The notes under the pieces: model-generated
Told to the model about the DNA's origin: nothing
Database searches by the model: none
The model's input: the letters and a program-made list of their open reading frames with translations, nothing else
Part shown: one piece after another, positions 55,111 to 64,000 of the stretch
How the letters are laid out: each line of letters begins with the position of its first letter
Position numbering within the stretch: the stretch's first letter is position 1
Program-made: the position numbers and the translations under genes
NCBI RefSeq assembly: GCF_044324785.1
Contig: NZ_CP172127.1
Source: Escherichia coli
GTDB lineage: Bacteria; Pseudomonadota; Gammaproteobacteria; Enterobacterales; Enterobacteriaceae
Reading direction: 5' to 3' (one strand)
DNA: 64,000 nucleotides

Positions 55111-56466
55111 ATGTTTTCAGAAGTCATGCGTTATATTCTCGACCTCGGCCCTACGGTGATGCTGCCGATTGTCATCATTATTTTTTCTAAAATATTAGGC
55201 ATGAAGGCAGGCGATTGCTTTAAAGCAGGTCTGCATATCGGGATTGGCTTTGTTGGCATTGGCCTTGTGATTGGCTTAATGCTGGATTCCATTGGCCCGG
55301 CGGCGAAAGCGATGGCGGAAAATTTTGACCTGAATCTGCATGTGGTCGATGTCGGCTGGCCGGGCTCTTCACCCATGACTTGGGCGTCGCAAATTGCGCT
55401 GGTGGCGATTCCGATTGCGATTCTGGTTAACGTGGCGATGTTACTGACCCGTATGACGCGGGTGGTAAATGTTGATATCTGGAATATCTGGCATATGACC
55501 TTCACCGGCGCGTTGCTGCATCTGGCAACCGGTTCATGGATGATAGGGATGGCGGGTGTGGTAATTCACGCGGCGTTTGTTTATAAGCTCGGCGACTGGT
55601 TTGCCCGCGATACCCGAAATTTCTTTGAGCTGGAAGGCATTGCTATTCCGCACGGTACGTCGGCGTATATGGGGCCGATTGCGGTGCTGGTCGATGCTAT
55701 CATCGAGAAAATCCCAGGCGTTAACCGAATTAAATTTAGCGCCGATGATATTCAGCGCAAATTTGGCCCTTTTGGCGAACCGGTCACCGTGGGTTTTGTG
55801 ATGGGGCTGATTATCGGCATCCTTGCGGGTTACGATGTCAAAGGTGTATTGCAGCTGGCGGTAAAAACGGCGGCAGTTATGCTGCTGATGCCACGGGTGA
55901 TTAAACCCATCATGGATGGTTTAACGCCCATCGCTAAGCAGGCCCGTAGTCGTTTACAGGCGAAGTTCGGCGGTCAGGAGTTCCTGATTGGCCTTGATCC
56001 GGCGTTGCTGCTGGGGCATACGGCGGTGGTATCGGCAAGCCTGATTTTTATCCCGCTCACCATTTTAATTGCTGTTTGTGTTCCGGGTAATCAGGTACTG
56101 CCGTTTGGCGACCTTGCCACCATCGGTTTCTTTGTGGCGATGGCGGTCGCCGTGCATCGTGGAAATCTGTTCCGCACCTTAATCTCGGGTGTCATCATTA
56201 TGAGCATCACCCTGTGGGTCGCGACGCAAACTATTGGTTTGCACACCCAACTGGCGGCTAACGCTGGGGCGTTAAAAGCCGGAGGTATGGTGGCATCAAT
56301 GGATCAGGGCGGTTCTCCCATTACCTGGTTACTGATTCAGGTTTTCTCCCCGCAAAATATTCCCGGTTTCATTATTATCGGTGCCATTTATCTTACCGGT
56401 ATTTTCATGACCTGGCGTAGAGCGCGCGGCTTTATTAAACAAGAGAAAGCCGTTCTCGCAGAATAA
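55111..56466 (+). CDS. gatC: Galactitol PTS EIIC permease
   Basis: 451 aa polytopic membrane protein. Confidence 0.9.
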   Translation: MFSEVMRYILDLGPTVMLPIVIIIFSKILGMKAGDCFKAGLHIGIGFVGIGLVIGLMLDSIGPAAKAMAENFDLNLHVVDVGWPGSSPMTWASQIALVAIPIAILVNVAMLLTRMTRVVNVDIWNIWHMTFTGALLHLATGSWMIGMAGVVIHAAFVYKLGDWFARDTRNFFELEGIAIPHGTSAYMGPIAVLVDAIIEKIPGVNRIKFSADDIQRKFGPFGEPVTVGFVMGLIIGILAGYDVKGVLQLAVKTAAVMLLMPRVIKPIMDGLTPIAKQARSRLQAKFGGQEFLIGLDPALLLGHTAVVSASLIFIPLTILIAVCVPGNQVLPFGDLATIGFFVAMAVAVHRGNLFRTLISGVIIMSITLWVATQTIGLHTQLAANAGALKAGGMVASMDQGGSPITWLLIQVFSPQNIPGFIIIGAIYLTGIFMTWRRARGFIKQEKAVLAE

Positions 56467-56513
56467 TTTTTACCTGAGGGGGAGTTTATCCCCCTTAATA
56501 ATCAGGAGTTTTT

Positions 56514-57554
56514 ATGAAATCAGTGGTGAATGATACTGATGGTATCGTGCGCGTTGCCCAACGAGTCATTCCTGAAATTAAACATCAGGATGAGGTGCGG
56601 GTAAAAATTGCCAGCTCGGGATTATGTGGTTCCGATTTACCCAGGATATTTAAAAATGGTGCACATTATTATCCAATAACGTTAGGCCATGAATTTAGCG
56701 GCTATATTGATGCGGTGGGATCCGGTGTTGATGATTTACACCCTGGCGATGCGGTTGCCTGTGTGCCGTTATTACCCTGTTTTACTTGTCCAGAGTGTTT
56801 GAAAGGGTTTTATTCCCAGTGCGCAAAATATGATTTTATTGGCTCGCGGCGTGATGGTGGATTTGCTGAATATATTGTCGTTAACCGAAAAAATGTCTTT
56901 GCTCTACCCACGGATATGCCTATTGAGGATGGGGCTTTTATTGAGCCGATTACCGTTGGCCTGCATGCTTTTCATTTAGCGCAAGGTTGTGAGAATAAAA
57001 ACGTTATTATTATTGGTGCCGGAACCATTGGCTTGCTGGCTATTCAGTGCGCTGTCGCGCTGGGAGCAAAGAGTGTGACGGCGATCGACATTAGCTCAGA
57101 AAAACTGGCACTGGCAAAATCTTTCGGTGCGATGCAAACATTTAACAGCCTTGAAATGAGCGCGCCGCAAATGCAGGGCGTTTTACGCGAGTTGCGCTTT
57201 AATCAGCTTATCCTCGAGACGGCTGGCGTCCCGCAAACCGTCGAACTGGCGGTAGAGATTGCCGGGCCTCATGCCCAGCTGGCGCTGGTGGGTACGTTGC
57301 ATCAGGATTTGCATTTAACATCGGCAACGTTTGGCAAAATATTACGTAAAGAGCTGACGGTTATCGGCAGCTGGATGAACTACTCCAGCCCTTGGCCGGG
57401 GCAGGAGTGGGAAACGGCGAGCCGGTTGCTGACAGAACGTAAGTTAAGCCTGGAGCCATTAATCGCTCACCGTGGAAGCTTTGAAAGCTTCGCCCAGGCG
57501 GTGCGTGACATCGCTCGTAATGCTATGCCGGGCAAAGTGTTGCTTATTCCCTGA
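56514..57554 (+). CDS. gatD: Galactitol-1-phosphate 5-dehydrogenase (Zn-dependent MDR family)
   Basis: 346 aa; zinc ligands C...H (GLCGSDL...GHEFSG), Rossmann GAGTIG. Confidence 0.9.
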   Translation: MKSVVNDTDGIVRVAQRVIPEIKHQDEVRVKIASSGLCGSDLPRIFKNGAHYYPITLGHEFSGYIDAVGSGVDDLHPGDAVACVPLLPCFTCPECLKGFYSQCAKYDFIGSRRDGGFAEYIVVNRKNVFALPTDMPIEDGAFIEPITVGLHAFHLAQGCENKNVIIIGAGTIGLLAIQCAVALGAKSVTAIDISSEKLALAKSFGAMQTFNSLEMSAPQMQGVLRELRFNQLILETAGVPQTVELAVEIAGPHAQLALVGTLHQDLHLTSATFGKILRKELTVIGSWMNYSSPWPGQEWETASRLLTERKLSLEPLIAHRGSFESFAQAVRDIARNAMPGKVLLIP

Positions 57555-57559
57555 AACCG

Positions 57560-57582
57560 CGGGCCAGCGTGATGCTGGCCCG
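57560..57582 (+). terminator. Hairpin after gatD
   Basis: cgggccagc-gtgat-gctggcccg perfect 9-bp stem; U-tract poor. Confidence 0.4.
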
Positions 57583-57659
57583 GTATTGTGCAAAACAGAT
57601 CATTCACCAATGGTCCCCCTTCGTTTACACTAGCCACAATTGAATATGGGTAAATGACG

Positions 57660-58433
57660 ATGAATTCATTCGAGCGAAGGAATAAGATCATCCAATTAGT
57701 GAATGAACAGGGAACCGTGCTTGTTCAGGATCTGGCGGGAGTATTTGCTGCCTCGGAAGCGACAATCCGTGCCGATTTGCGCTTTCTCGAACAAAAAGGC
57801 GTGGTTACGCGCTTTCATGGCGGTGCGGCGAAAATAATGTCCGGTAATAGTGAAACCGAGACCCAGGAAGTCGGGTTTAAAGAGCGATTTCAGCTCGCCA
57901 GCGCGCCGAAAAACAGAATAGCGCAGGCGGCAGTCAAAATGATCCACGAAGGGATGACCGTTATTCTCGACAGCGGAAGTACGACAATGCTTATCGCCGA
58001 AGGATTAATGACCGCCAAAAATATCACGGTGATTACCAACAGTCTCCCGGCGGCGTTTGCCCTTTCCGAAAATAAAGACATTACTCTGGTCGTCTGTGGT
58101 GGCACGGTCCGCCATAAAACGCGCTCGATGCATGGTTCCATTGCCGAGCGTTCATTGCAGGATATTAATGCCGATTTAATGTTTGTCGGTGCTGATGGTA
58201 TTGATGCGGTTAATGGTATTACGACCTTTAATGAAGGTTATTCTATTAGCGGTGCGATGGTCACAGCCGCTAATAAAGTGATTGCCGTTCTCGATTCATC
58301 GAAATTTAACCGTCGCGGTTTTAATCAGGTACTGCCAATCGAAAAAATTGACATTATTATTACCGATGATGCTGTGTCAGAGGTGGATAAACTGGCATTG
58401 CAGAAGACACGGGTAAAATTAATTACGGTGTAG
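57660..58433 (+). CDS. gatR: DeoR-family repressor of the gat operon, uninterrupted
   Basis: 257 aa from MNSFERRNKIIQLVNEQGTVLVQDLAGVFAASEATIRADLRFLEQKG (DeoR HTH) with C-terminal sugar-phosphate-binding domain. Confidence 0.85.
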   Translation: MNSFERRNKIIQLVNEQGTVLVQDLAGVFAASEATIRADLRFLEQKGVVTRFHGGAAKIMSGNSETETQEVGFKERFQLASAPKNRIAQAAVKMIHEGMTVILDSGSTTMLIAEGLMTAKNITVITNSLPAAFALSENKDITLVVCGGTVRHKTRSMHGSIAERSLQDINADLMFVGADGIDAVNGITTFNEGYSISGAMVTAANKVIAVLDSSKFNRRGFNQVLPIEKIDIIITDDAVSEVDKLALQKTRVKLITV

Positions 58434-58444
58434 TATTGTTCTGT

Positions 58445-58478
58445 ATGCCGGATAAGGTGTTTACACCGCATCCGGCAT
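58445..58478. repeat. REP element
   Basis: gccggataaggtgtttacaccgcatccggca, canonical REP-like palindrome. Confidence 0.65.
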
Positions 58479-58514
58479 TACGGATTCTCCCTGGTTCAAG
58501 AGAGAATAGTTTGA

Positions 58515-59414
58515 TTAACGCAATAATGGACAATCTGGTGGTAATCGACAACGCAACGCCGCCGGAAGTATTTCAATATGAAAGTTTTGTCCGCTCAACG
58601 GTTCGCCATCAAGATTAAAAGTGATTTCGTGTGGGGCTTGTATATCAAACCACGACGAAGCGCCTTCGATAATATTCGGGTTATCTTCGTCAGATTTTAA
58701 GGTTGATACGAGAGCCGGAAGAATTTCATCGCCGGTAAAAATGCGCAGTTGCAGCAAGCCATCGTTAATTAACGCGTTCGGGCACAATTGTTGACCGCCA
58801 CCGGCCTGACGCCCGTTACCAATACCAATGACCAGGGCGTCACCTTGCCAGTGAAAGTTTTCACCGCGGATCTCACAACGGTCCGGTTGCAGAGTATCCA
58901 TGCGCATTAAGCCATGAATGATGTAAGAGACGCCACCCAGCGCGGCTTTTAATTTTTCCGGCGTTTCTGTGGTAATACGCGTCCCAAACCCGCCTGTCGC
59001 CATATTAATAAAACAGGTTTGTTTGTTGACCTGCGCCATATCTATCGCAATGGCGTTACCGGCAATTGCCAGTTTCAGCGCCTTATCCAGTGCCTCAGGA
59101 ATCCCTACACTGGTGGCAAAATCATTGGCGGTTCCTAATGGTAAAATTCCCAGCGCGGGTATGTCATCCCCCTCACACTGAATCAACGCCGTAGAAACTT
59201 CATTAATGGTGCCATCGCCACCACCGGCAATCACCGTTGCGACGCCCAACTTCCGGGCCTCCTCTACATATCGTGCGGCATCGCCTTTCTCCCAGGTGAC
59301 CCGCACATGGATCGTCATTCCTTCCTCACGCAACAGCATAATTGCTTCGCGCAAGGGTAGATTGTCAGTACTTTTGCCATTAAGAATCAGTAAGCTGGCG
59401 GGAAATTCTGCCAT
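58515..59414 (-). CDS. yegS: Lipid kinase (diacylglycerol kinase catalytic-domain family)
   Basis: 299 aa; GGDGT motif ([13 protein letters not shown]). Confidence 0.9.
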   Translation of the reverse strand: MAEFPASLLILNGKSTDNLPLREAIMLLREEGMTIHVRVTWEKGDAARYVEEARKLGVATVIAGGGDGTINEVSTALIQCEGDDIPALGILPLGTANDFATSVGIPEALDKALKLAIAGNAIAIDMAQVNKQTCFINMATGGFGTRITTETPEKLKAALGGVSYIIHGLMRMDTLQPDRCEIRGENFHWQGDALVIGIGNGRQAGGGQQLCPNALINDGLLQLRIFTGDEILPALVSTLKSDEDNPNIIEGASSWFDIQAPHEITFNLDGEPLSGQNFHIEILPAALRCRLPPDCPLLR

Positions 59415-59828
59415 GATCGTATGTGCCTTTATGATTGGTCTGTAGATAGTGTAGAGCAGAAAAGAAAAGGTGGAGTCAGAACAGGATGAAAGTCGGAGGA
59501 TAAAAAGTCAGTTCAAGTATGGAGGATTCAGTGGTTACCACCAGGAGCTTGCAATGGGGACAGTGAATGTTAACGGTAGCCACCGGTAAATTTCAAAAAA
59601 GAGCATATACCTAATATTCAATTAAACAGTGGCATCTTCACTATCTTATTCTAAATATATTAAAGCCCTCATGGGGGTACCTGGGCAGGGCTTCATGTTT
59701 GTAATTCCTACTTATGTAGGAAATGTTGTACAGAACATTTATTATAATCCTATTCAATTATAATAATCATGCCGTTATTATATTTAAACACCAGAGCGTG
59801 TCGTTGGTATTTAATGGGGGAAGGTAAG

Positions 59829-60146
59829 ATGAAAAAGATAGCTGCTATATCATTAATTAGTGTTTTTCTTATGTCTGGGTGTGCTGTACATAATGATGAG
59901 ACAAGTATCGGTAAATTTGGTCTTGCATATAAAAGTAATATTCAGCGTAAACTCGATAACCAATACTACACCGAAGCCGAAGCTTCTTTAGCCAGGGGCA
60001 GAATATCTGGTGCAGAAAATATAGTAAAAAATGATGCAGCCCATTTCTGTGTTACTCAGGGCAAAAAAATGCAGATAGTTGACCTGAAGACAGAAGGTGC
60101 AGGATTACATGGCGTCGCTCGTCTGACATTCAAATGTGGAGAGTGA
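59829..60146 (+). CDS. yegR: Small lipoprotein-like protein of unknown function
   Basis: 105 aa from MKKIAAISLISVFLMSGC (lipobox); ATG at 59829 after GGGGGAAGG. Confidence 0.75.
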   Translation: MKKIAAISLISVFLMSGCAVHNDETSIGKFGLAYKSNIQRKLDNQYYTEAEASLARGRISGAENIVKNDAAHFCVTQGKKMQIVDLKTEGAGLHGVARLTFKCGE

Positions 60147-60316
60147 GAATATTTTTTGGTAAGCGTCAAACATGCGCGTTCTGGCTGTGCGTAACCGGAA
60201 CCTGTGCGAGCACGATGCCGTTACGTGAAAGGCATCGTGCTATGAAGGGAGATTCTATCGATGTGGTCAATGGAAGACGGTCACCTGGGATCAATCCGTC
60301 TCTATGGTTTATGTAT

Positions 60317-60343
60317 AAAAAATAAGCCCGTGTAAGGGAGATT
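60317..60343. other. Candidate P2-type attachment-site core (attL) at chromosome-prophage junction
   Basis: aaaaaataagcccgtgtaagggagatt, 80 bp beyond the 3' end of the integrase gene; matches my recollection of the 27-bp P2 att core. Confidence 0.5.
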
Positions 60344-60422
60344 TAGGGTGTCACCAGTAGGGGCTTTCAACGGTACAATGCGGGTTTGAGCGGCATAAAT
60401 TACCACTGAAAGCCCTTAAACG

Positions 60423-61436
60423 TTACTCTACTGTGGACACTGTGTGGACACTCTCGGCTTCAGTACCACCTCTTAGCGGATTAAGAGAAATGGCGTCCTG
60501 AAGGTACTCTGGCGCAAAATGAGCGTAAACCATAGTTTGCTCAATCCGCGTGTGACCTAGTATCCGTTGTAGCGTGATAATACTTCCTCCATTAATCATG
60601 AAATGAGTGGCAAAGCTGTGCCTTAGTGCATGTGTGGCTTGCCCCGTTGGCAAATCCGGTTTTATTGCTTTCATTGTTCGTCTGAAGCGAGGGTAATCAG
60701 CATCAGGGAATAAAAAACCTCGTTTGTTATCCGCGATCATTTTGGCAACAGCCTCTGAGATCGGGACGGTGCGTGGTTTGTTTGTTTTCGTTTTAACAAA
60801 CGTGACGCGGTTATGGATGATATTTTCTGCTTTCAAACGAGCTGCTTCTCCCCAACGTGCTCCTGTACTCAGGCAAAGAATCGCAATCTTTTTATTGTCG
60901 CCGTCAAGTGCTGCAAGCAGTAAGGCAATTTCTTCCTGTGTGAGATAGCCTGTTTCTGGTTTTTCCTCCTTAAGCCTCTTTGTCCCTCTGATAGGGTGCT
61001 CACCAAAGAATAACTCCGCTTCAATCAGGGCTGTAAACATGCCGCTAATACATGTTAAATCACGATTGATACTCGAAGGTTTAATACCCTGACTTCTTCG
61101 GGTGGCGCAGTACTGGCTGATAAGGGATTTCGTGATTTGAAATGCGCATGGGTCATTCGTTATTTTTGTGAAGATTTCAATTTTTCCAAGATTAGATTTC
61201 CCATGCTCTTCGTGTTTACCCTTTAAATCCCACCAGATCTGTGTCAGTTCCGACAGACGTCGTTTGTCTGTTGGTTTTGATAGCCATTCTTTATTGTGGT
61301 GGTTGTACAACGTGTATTTTTCGAAAGCGACAGCTTCGCTTTTCTTATCAAACTTCCTACGGATGCGTTTTCCGTTACGTCCAGTAGGGCGGATGTCCAC
61401 TTCATATCGACCATCATCGAGTTTTTTGATTGCCAT
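60423..61436 (-). CDS. int: P2-type tyrosine integrase
   Basis: 337 aa; C-terminal catalytic region with R...HxLRH...Y (HALRHSFATHFMINGGSIITLQRILGHTRIEQTMVYAHF). Confidence 0.9.
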   Translation of the reverse strand: MAIKKLDDGRYEVDIRPTGRNGKRIRRKFDKKSEAVAFEKYTLYNHHNKEWLSKPTDKRRLSELTQIWWDLKGKHEEHGKSNLGKIEIFTKITNDPCAFQITKSLISQYCATRRSQGIKPSSINRDLTCISGMFTALIEAELFFGEHPIRGTKRLKEEKPETGYLTQEEIALLLAALDGDNKKIAILCLSTGARWGEAARLKAENIIHNRVTFVKTKTNKPRTVPISEAVAKMIADNKRGFLFPDADYPRFRRTMKAIKPDLPTGQATHALRHSFATHFMINGGSIITLQRILGHTRIEQTMVYAHFAPEYLQDAISLNPLRGGTEAESVHTVSTVE

Positions 61437-61550
61437 CAGAAAACCCTCCGAGTGGTACTTTTTTTGCTACTACTAATCGCTTTTTTCGTGGTGGCTGAAA
61501 TTTAGCCACCAATAGTAGGCACTTGTGATGAATATATTCACGATAAATTG

Positions 61551-61850
61551 TTAACCAGTCTTTTGACCGGAGTGGGGCGACGTTGTTTCGTTTTGCCCAA
61601 AGTGTGCGAGAGCGGGCGCAATTTGCCCGGCTTCTGGAGCTACCTGATCAGTCATGAACCACAAAGTATATTTAGTAAATCTGGGATGTTGTAAGACCTT
61701 CATTATGGCTTCAACTCCAGCGTTTTTTGACCGGCTCTCATAGCTCGAAAGTGAGCTGTAGGCTACACCAGTTAATTCACTGAATTCTTTACGGTTTAAC
61801 CTTTCAGATTCACGGATTAGCTTCAACTTCTCCGAAACGTCTATTGACAT
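61551..61850 (-). CDS. C: P2-type immunity repressor C
   Basis: 99 aa from internal ATG at 61850 (MSIDVSEKLKLIRESERLNRKEFSELTGVAYSS..., HTH), preceded by GGAGT; track ORF starts 72 nt upstream. Confidence 0.8.
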   Translation of the reverse strand: MSIDVSEKLKLIRESERLNRKEFSELTGVAYSSLSSYESRSKNAGVEAIMKVLQHPRFTKYTLWFMTDQVAPEAGQIAPALAHFGQNETTSPHSGQKTG

Positions 61851-61928
61851 AATTACTCCGATTGCGTAATTTCTTGCTGATAGTGTGAAATGTTGTGCTT
61901 CTGGAGTTATCCTTTTAGGCAATAATTA

Positions 61929-61946
61929 GCCATTAGGAGCCATTAG
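61929..61946. promoter_or_regulatory. Direct 8-bp repeats in the prophage lysis/lysogeny switch region (candidate repressor operator half-sites)
   Basis: gccattag at 61929-61936 and 61939-61946, 10-bp periodicity, between C and cox starts. Confidence 0.4.
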
Positions 61947-61971
61947 AAGCACTAAGGGAGAATCGTAGCAG

Positions 61972-62247
61972 ATGAATAGACAGCTTGTAAGCGTGACTGA
62001 TGCCGTGCCTTATCAGGAGTTTGCAAAACTCATTGGTAAAACTCCAAGAGCTGTAAGGGGCATGATTGAGAAAGGGAAATTACCAGTTATTGAGATTACT
62101 GACCCTCAGTCAGTATCGGGGCGTGCTGGTGAATATTGGGTATACCTTCCGGCATGGAATAACGGACTAAAACTGGCTTATGAAAGCCGTCCTAAAGAGA
62201 TTCGTGACGGCTGGTTGATGTGGTTAGGTCTCGGTGAACCACGTTAA
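61972..62247 (+). CDS. cox: P2 Cox-like excisionase/repressor of Pc
   Basis: 91 aa; position divergent from C. Confidence 0.8.
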   Translation: MNRQLVSVTDAVPYQEFAKLIGKTPRAVRGMIEKGKLPVIEITDPQSVSGRAGEYWVYLPAWNNGLKLAYESRPKEIRDGWLMWLGLGEPR

Positions 62248-62428
62248 GGAGAACCGTATGAATGAGCCTCGTTGTATTGCTCAGTTATTGCGTAACGAAA
62301 GCCCCAGGGCGATTGACTTCACCATCACCCACGGTAAGGGGCATAAGGGAATCATTATCCGCACCAAAAAACAGAGTCCGTTAAAAAAGGCTCTGACCTT
62401 TCTGAAAAGCCGGAGGGTATGGAAATGA
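62234..62428 (+). CDS. P2 orf78-like small protein
   Basis: Short ORF between cox and B in the same orientation; start uncertain. Confidence 0.5.
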   Translation: MNHVKENRMNEPRCIAQLLRNESPRAIDFTITHGKGHKGIIIRTKKQSPLKKALTFLKSRRVWK

Positions 62429-62925
62429 CAGTGATGACGCTCAATCTCGTTGAAAAACAACCAGTAACTATGCGCCGGATAATTGGTAAGCATCTTGCCG
62501 TCCCTCGCTGGCAGGAGACATGTGATTATTATAATCAGATGATGGAGCGCGAACGGCTAACGGTTTGCTTCCATGCGCAGTTAAAACAGCGTCACGCAAC
62601 GATGCGTTTTGAAGAAATGAACGACGTCGAACGTGAACGACTGGTATGTGCAATTGATGAATTGCGTGGGGCATTCTCAAAACGCCGTCAGGTTGGCGCA
62701 AGTGAATATGCATATATTAGTTTTTTAACAGTCAGTCAGCGTCGTACTTTATTTATGCATGCCGGATTGACTGAAAAAGAATTCAACCAGCCATACTGGC
62801 GAATTAATGATGAATCATGTTACTGGCGTGATGCTTTATTCCGTGCATTACGTGAATTATTCAGCCTGTTTGAGTATGCACCGACAATTCTGACGTCGGT
62901 AAAACCAGAGCAATATCTGCATTAA
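62425..62925 (+). CDS. B: P2 B-like replication protein (helicase loader)
   Basis: 166 aa from MTVMTLNLVEKQPV...; position after cox/orf78. Confidence 0.75.
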   Translation: MTVMTLNLVEKQPVTMRRIIGKHLAVPRWQETCDYYNQMMERERLTVCFHAQLKQRHATMRFEEMNDVERERLVCAIDELRGAFSKRRQVGASEYAYISFLTVSQRRTLFMHAGLTEKEFNQPYWRINDESCYWRDALFRALRELFSLFEYAPTILTSVKPEQYLH

Positions 62926-62988
62926 GTAATTAACCAGAGTTTTTAACGCACTTAATTGTGCGGGGCTTCTTTTTGCCTGGAGAAAGTC

Positions 62989-63213
62989 ATGCATACAGTT
63001 TCTGAAAATCAGTGCGGTAAATACGCATTACTGCTGCAACAGGCCAGAACCGAAGCACAGGCCGACGCAGCGACGCGCTTTTCTTCTCATCTTGACGCCA
63101 TGATTCGCCACATCACAAAGGCGGAGTTATCCCGCGTGGAGATAGTCGAGCTGCTCAGTCAGGAGTCGGAAAAATTTCACAATATCGGATTGTCTCGTGG
63201 GGAGGTGCTTTGA
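62989..63213 (+). CDS. P2 orf80-like protein
   Basis: ATG at 62989 after GGAGAAAG; 74 aa. Confidence 0.55.
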   Translation: MHTVSENQCGKYALLLQQARTEAQADAATRFSSHLDAMIRHITKAELSRVEIVELLSQESEKFHNIGLSRGEVL

Positions 63214-63515
63214 TGTCCTGTTCTCGTTCAATTGTATTACTGAATAACGCCTTAAAAATCGCCGTTATGGAAAATGGCGATTTGTCTCTTATTCAACTTG
63301 GTCTTGATAAAGAAAAGCGCGACATAACTGAATCTGTTATCGCGATTTATCAGAGCGAATTAAACCTCCTGTCTGATGTGATCAATTTACTTGTGAAACG
63401 CGCTGTATTTCACAAGCAAATTTCCTCAGTGGATGAACTGACAAAATTAACGACAGAACTCGCCAGCTATTGCGCTGATGAATTTAAGAAACTGAACGAC
63501 AAAAGGAACTGGTAA
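63210..63515 (+). CDS. P2 orf81-like protein
   Basis: 101 aa, ATGA overlap with previous ORF. Confidence 0.55.
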   Translation: MMSCSRSIVLLNNALKIAVMENGDLSLIQLGLDKEKRDITESVIAIYQSELNLLSDVINLLVKRAVFHKQISSVDELTKLTTELASYCADEFKKLNDKRNW

Positions 63516-63739
63516 TGCCGGACAACGTAGATTTCATTCAGGAACAACAGGCTGAATTACTGGAGCGCCAGATTAACGCGGCAAGGGTAAAACATTGCTG
63601 TGCTTCTGCGCTGGTTTGCGAAGAGTGTGATGCGCCAATACCTGCTGCCCGTCGTGCGGCTTATCCGTCAGCCACGCGTTGTGTTTCCTGCCAGTCAGTC
63701 TTTGAAGCAAAAAACAAGCATTACCGGAGAATGGCATGA
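63515..63739 (+). CDS. P2 orf82-like DksA/TraR-type C4 zinc-finger protein
   Basis: 74 aa with CxxC...CxxC (CEECDAPIPAARRAAYPSATRCVSCQ). Confidence 0.65.
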   Translation: MPDNVDFIQEQQAELLERQINAARVKHCCASALVCEECDAPIPAARRAAYPSATRCVSCQSVFEAKNKHYRRMA

Positions 63740-64000
63740 GTATTCGTATCGAAATTGGCGAACGTTATGTCGTTACCAGTGACAGCTTTCAGTTTATTCT
63801 CCACGAGAAAAAGAGAGCGGAAAGCGGTAAAAACGCCGGCCAGGAATGGCTGGCGGTGGTTGGTTATTACCCGAAATTAAGCCAGCTCGTTTCCGGCATG
63901 ATGCATCACGATATTCTGACCGGAAGCGCAAAATCTTTTGCTGATTTAAACGCGCAGGTTGAGCAACTCAGCAAGCGTTGTTCAGAGGCTTTTGGCTCAC
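63736..64000 (+). CDS. P2 orf83-like protein, partial (runs off window)
   Basis: ATG at 63736 (ATGA overlap with previous ORF), open to window end (MSIRIEIGERYVVTSDSFQFILHEKK...). Confidence 0.5.
   Translation, partial: MSIRIEIGERYVVTSDSFQFILHEKKRAESGKNAGQEWLAVVGYYPKLSQLVSGMMHHDILTGSAKSFADLNAQVEQLSKRCSEAFGS

Larger units (their letters stand above)
60317..64000. mobile_element. Left arm of integrated P2-like prophage (attL-int-C-cox-orf78-B-orf80-81-82-...), continues beyond window
   Basis: Gene order, sizes and sequences match the P2 early region. Confidence 0.85.

Overview
This window reads as an Escherichia coli-type chromosomal segment, in reverse orientation to the usual K-12 map. All identifications are from reading the sequence and recalling known proteins; no searches were run.

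Gene order: mdtQ 3' end, yohF, yohD, yohC, pbpG, dld, bglX, osmF-yehYXW, yohO, mlrA, btsSR, yehS, yehR, then a ~15.5-kb block of seven same-strand genes of unknown function (yehQ-yehP-yehM-yehL and yehK-yehI-molR). Two tandem ZorO/OrzO-like type I toxin-antitoxin cassettes sit between the two halves of that block. After it come metG, apbC, the yehE-yehDCBA chaperone-usher fimbrial locus, rcnB-rcnA-rcnR, thiMD behind a TPP riboswitch, yegXWVUT, fbaB, a gat operon whose gatA is split by a complete IS5 (1195 bp, TTAA duplication), gatR, yegS, yegR, and the left arm of an integrated P2-like prophage running off the window.

The best candidates for an undescribed system are:
- yehLMPQ (16285-22789): a translationally coupled operon encoding an AAA+ ATPase, a 759-aa unknown protein, a VWA/MIDAS protein and a double-SWIM zinc-finger protein.
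- molR-yehI-yehK (23937-31796): two tandem giant paralogs (one with a WGR-like N-terminus) plus a small ORF.

Several features (intact molR and gatR, IS5 in gatA, the zor-orz cassettes, a fuller P2 prophage) suggest the source is not MG1655-like. No rRNA, tRNA or CRISPR array was recognised.
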